From Peribolospora baueri (lineage: Eukaryota), in contig JAMDHS010000015.1 in NCBI GenBank assembly GCA_029717555.1, positions 62,001 to 126,000 of the forward strand: a stretch of DNA of 64,000 bases, read 5' to 3'. The notes under the pieces were generated by a model that saw nothing but the letters and a program-made list of their open reading frames with translations, was not told the origin of the DNA and ran no database searches. Both the position numbers and the translations under genes were made by a program. Below, piece after piece: positions 61,902 through 64,000 of this stretch (positions within the stretch are counted from its first letter, which is position 1; the number at the start of each line of letters is the position of its first letter).

Positions 61902-64000
61902 ATGACCCACCCACTATCTCGCACCGTCCTCCTCTGCGCCAGGAAGGCCGCCACGCCGACGCGAGGTCGGGGTGGCCCTCCGCGAAGCTTGGTCTCCTCC
62001 TCGCTCTACCCGACTCCCTTTCCCGTTGCAGCAGACGTACTTCTTTTATCATCTTCTCAGCGCCGACGACAATACCATCCTGATGGGAGCGCTGCCTTCT
62101 CCCCACCCTCGTCTCGGGCACAACGCCGAACCTACTCCAAGAAGAAAGGCATGGCGGCGGCGGAGATGGAGGATGGGCAAGCCAAGCCGGCAAAGACGAG
62201 CAAGAAGAAAGGCGGCGCCACAGAGGACGAGAGGAACTCTCCGAACGGCGCGATTTGTTCCGAGCTCAGACGATGTGCGTCGCCCTCTCTTTCCTCGTCT
62301 CTATTCGCTTCACCTGGTCGCTGGTGGTCGCCTGCTTCTTTAGAGTGGGAATCCACATCGGTACTTCGCGGCACACCCCCTCTCCATCTCATCTCCGTTT
62401 ATTTTGCCGTCTGGCGGAACTGCTCATCACTCGCCATTGCCCGCCGTCTTCTCCACCCTCCCGTTCCCCACAATCGACCCACCGAACAGGCCTCGAAGCA
62501 GAGCTCAAAGCCGAGTCGAACAAGTTTAAGCTCAAGGCCTTCCGCTCGGCCATCAAGACGCTCTCCCACCTTCCCTACCCCATCCGCACTCCCGAGGAGG
62601 CGCTTGACATTGAGGGCATTGGGAACGGCATCGCGGGGAGGATAGGGATGATTCTGAGGCAGGAGGATCCTGTGAGAGTTGCATTTTGCCTTGGGGTTGA
62701 CTGAGGGGTGATGGAAAGGATGTGATGTGCCCAAGGCAGTTCAATGAGCCGGCGGGAGGTGGTCATTTCCAGGCGCTTGCTTGCCTGGATGAAGCGGCTC
62801 CCGCCTGACAGGGTCAGGTCAAAACAAGCTGCATGTCGCTGAAGCCGGTGCGCTTTCTGCTCTGATCAAACCCTCTCGGCAGCTTGTATACGAAGAAGAG
62901 AAGGAGAAGAAAAAGTCCTCTTCCAGCTCATCACCTGATGCAAGTACACGGCGAAGAGGAAAGGGAAATGGTGAGAGCAAGGCGAAGAGGGTGGCGGAGA
63001 AAGCGGCAGCGGAGGAGACGATCGATCGGACCCAGGAGCTCAAGGAGGCCGTCGCGTTGTTCGAGACGGTTCCCGGTGTGGGGTAAGTGGTTGTGTCTTC
63101 GCGCTTCGGTGCAGTTGAGAGGGGACCAGGGGCCCGGTCTACGTTGCCCTTCTTTTTCCGTCCTCATATTCTTGACCGCTTTGTCCTTAACCATCCCCTT
63201 CCTTCCTGGCCATATTCTCTGCCAGACCCAGAACGTCCCGCGACCTCGCCATGGCGGGCTATCGCCTCCTCTCTGACCTCTTAAATCCGGACGCGTTCTC
63301 TATGCTCAGGCCGAGCGCAAGGGTGGCGGTGCGGTGGATGGGGCAGATCGATCAGAGGGTGTACAGGGATATGGTCGAGAGGGTCGAGGTGCGTTTCCGT
63401 CCGAGCCCTCGTTGGACTCGTCGCCCTAGCCAGTTTTGTTCGTTCGTCCATTGACCGTCGAAGCTGTCCAACCGACAACTGTCGCAACCAGACCGCGCTC
63501 AGGGCGGCAATTCGGCGTCATGATCCTCGATTCGAGATGTACCTCGTCGGCAGCTAGTGAGTCGTTGGCCCTATCTCGTTTCTGATCATGCCTTCTTTTC
63601 GTCTCGCTTGTGGCAATGCATTTTATTTTGCCGTTTGATCTTCGGAACGCCTCCAGCCTGATCAGCTGCTCACTGCTCTTTCTTCATCTCGCCGCTTCTC
63701 GACAGTCGACGGGGCAAAGCTTCCTCCTCCGACATCGACGTCGTCCTAGTGCATCCTTCCTACTACAAAGTCCCCTTCCCTCCTTCTCCCTCGTCCTCCT
63801 CCCCCGCCAGCTCTAAGCGCCATTCTGTCCAGGGCAAAGGAAAGAAACCTCTCCCACCTGGCGGGCCGGAGACATTGCTGGCGGACCTGGTGGACCATCT
63901 CGAGGAGGAGGGGCTGCTCGTCGACCGACTGGGGAGCGGTCAGACAAAGTACCTTGGCGTGTGTCTCGTACCGGACGCCGAGGAGCTTCGGGCGATCGTC
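61902..64000 (+). CDS. DNA polymerase family X (Pol beta/lambda-like, no BRCT), 3' end outside window
   Basis: 8-kDa lyase/HhH domain NGAICSEL...FKLKAFRSAIKTL...IEGIGNGIAGRI, second HhH LFETVPGVG, and palm motif VGSY|RRGKASSSDIDVVLVHP. Confidence 0.9.

Noticed and set aside
62344..62360. Possible poison micro-exon in Pol X intron 1
   Set aside because: The donor (GTACTT) and branch point are weak, and direct splicing explains the frame.

Overview
GC-rich, intron-rich eukaryotic DNA, read as a basidiomycete fungus from GTRAGT/GTGCGT donors, CTRAC branch points and the fungal gene families present. About 19 spliced or single-exon protein-coding genes plus one gene fragment can be supported. 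In order they are: RTT109 (partial), a TauD/clavaminate-synthase-like dioxygenase, a PXB/DUF3818 protein, a Cys-motif low-complexity protein, a DUF2462 protein, a multi-BRCT protein, a Cys-rich GPI protein, RAD4/XPC, MIX14-like, RPL43, mitochondrial GatA, an ASH1-like SET methyltransferase, an orphan 3' fragment of an amino-acid transporter, MPK1/SLT2 MAPK, a HUL5-like HECT E3, a 7TM-like protein, RPL36, a DDT/WHIM-PHD chromatin protein, a Zn2Cys6 transcription factor and a family-X DNA polymerase (partial). I recognised no transposon, CRISPR array, rRNA or intact tRNA. The best lead is a 213-nt MPK1 intron made of two complete abutting introns (AAG|GTACGG, a zero-length exon), which suggests recursive splicing. 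Other leads are a Pol X with a mitochondrial-type presequence and a second in-frame start, a headless but intact transporter 3' end, a truncated Rtt107/Brc1-like BRCT protein and distant branch points. All assignments come from motif recognition by eye with no database search; exon boundaries were inferred manually.
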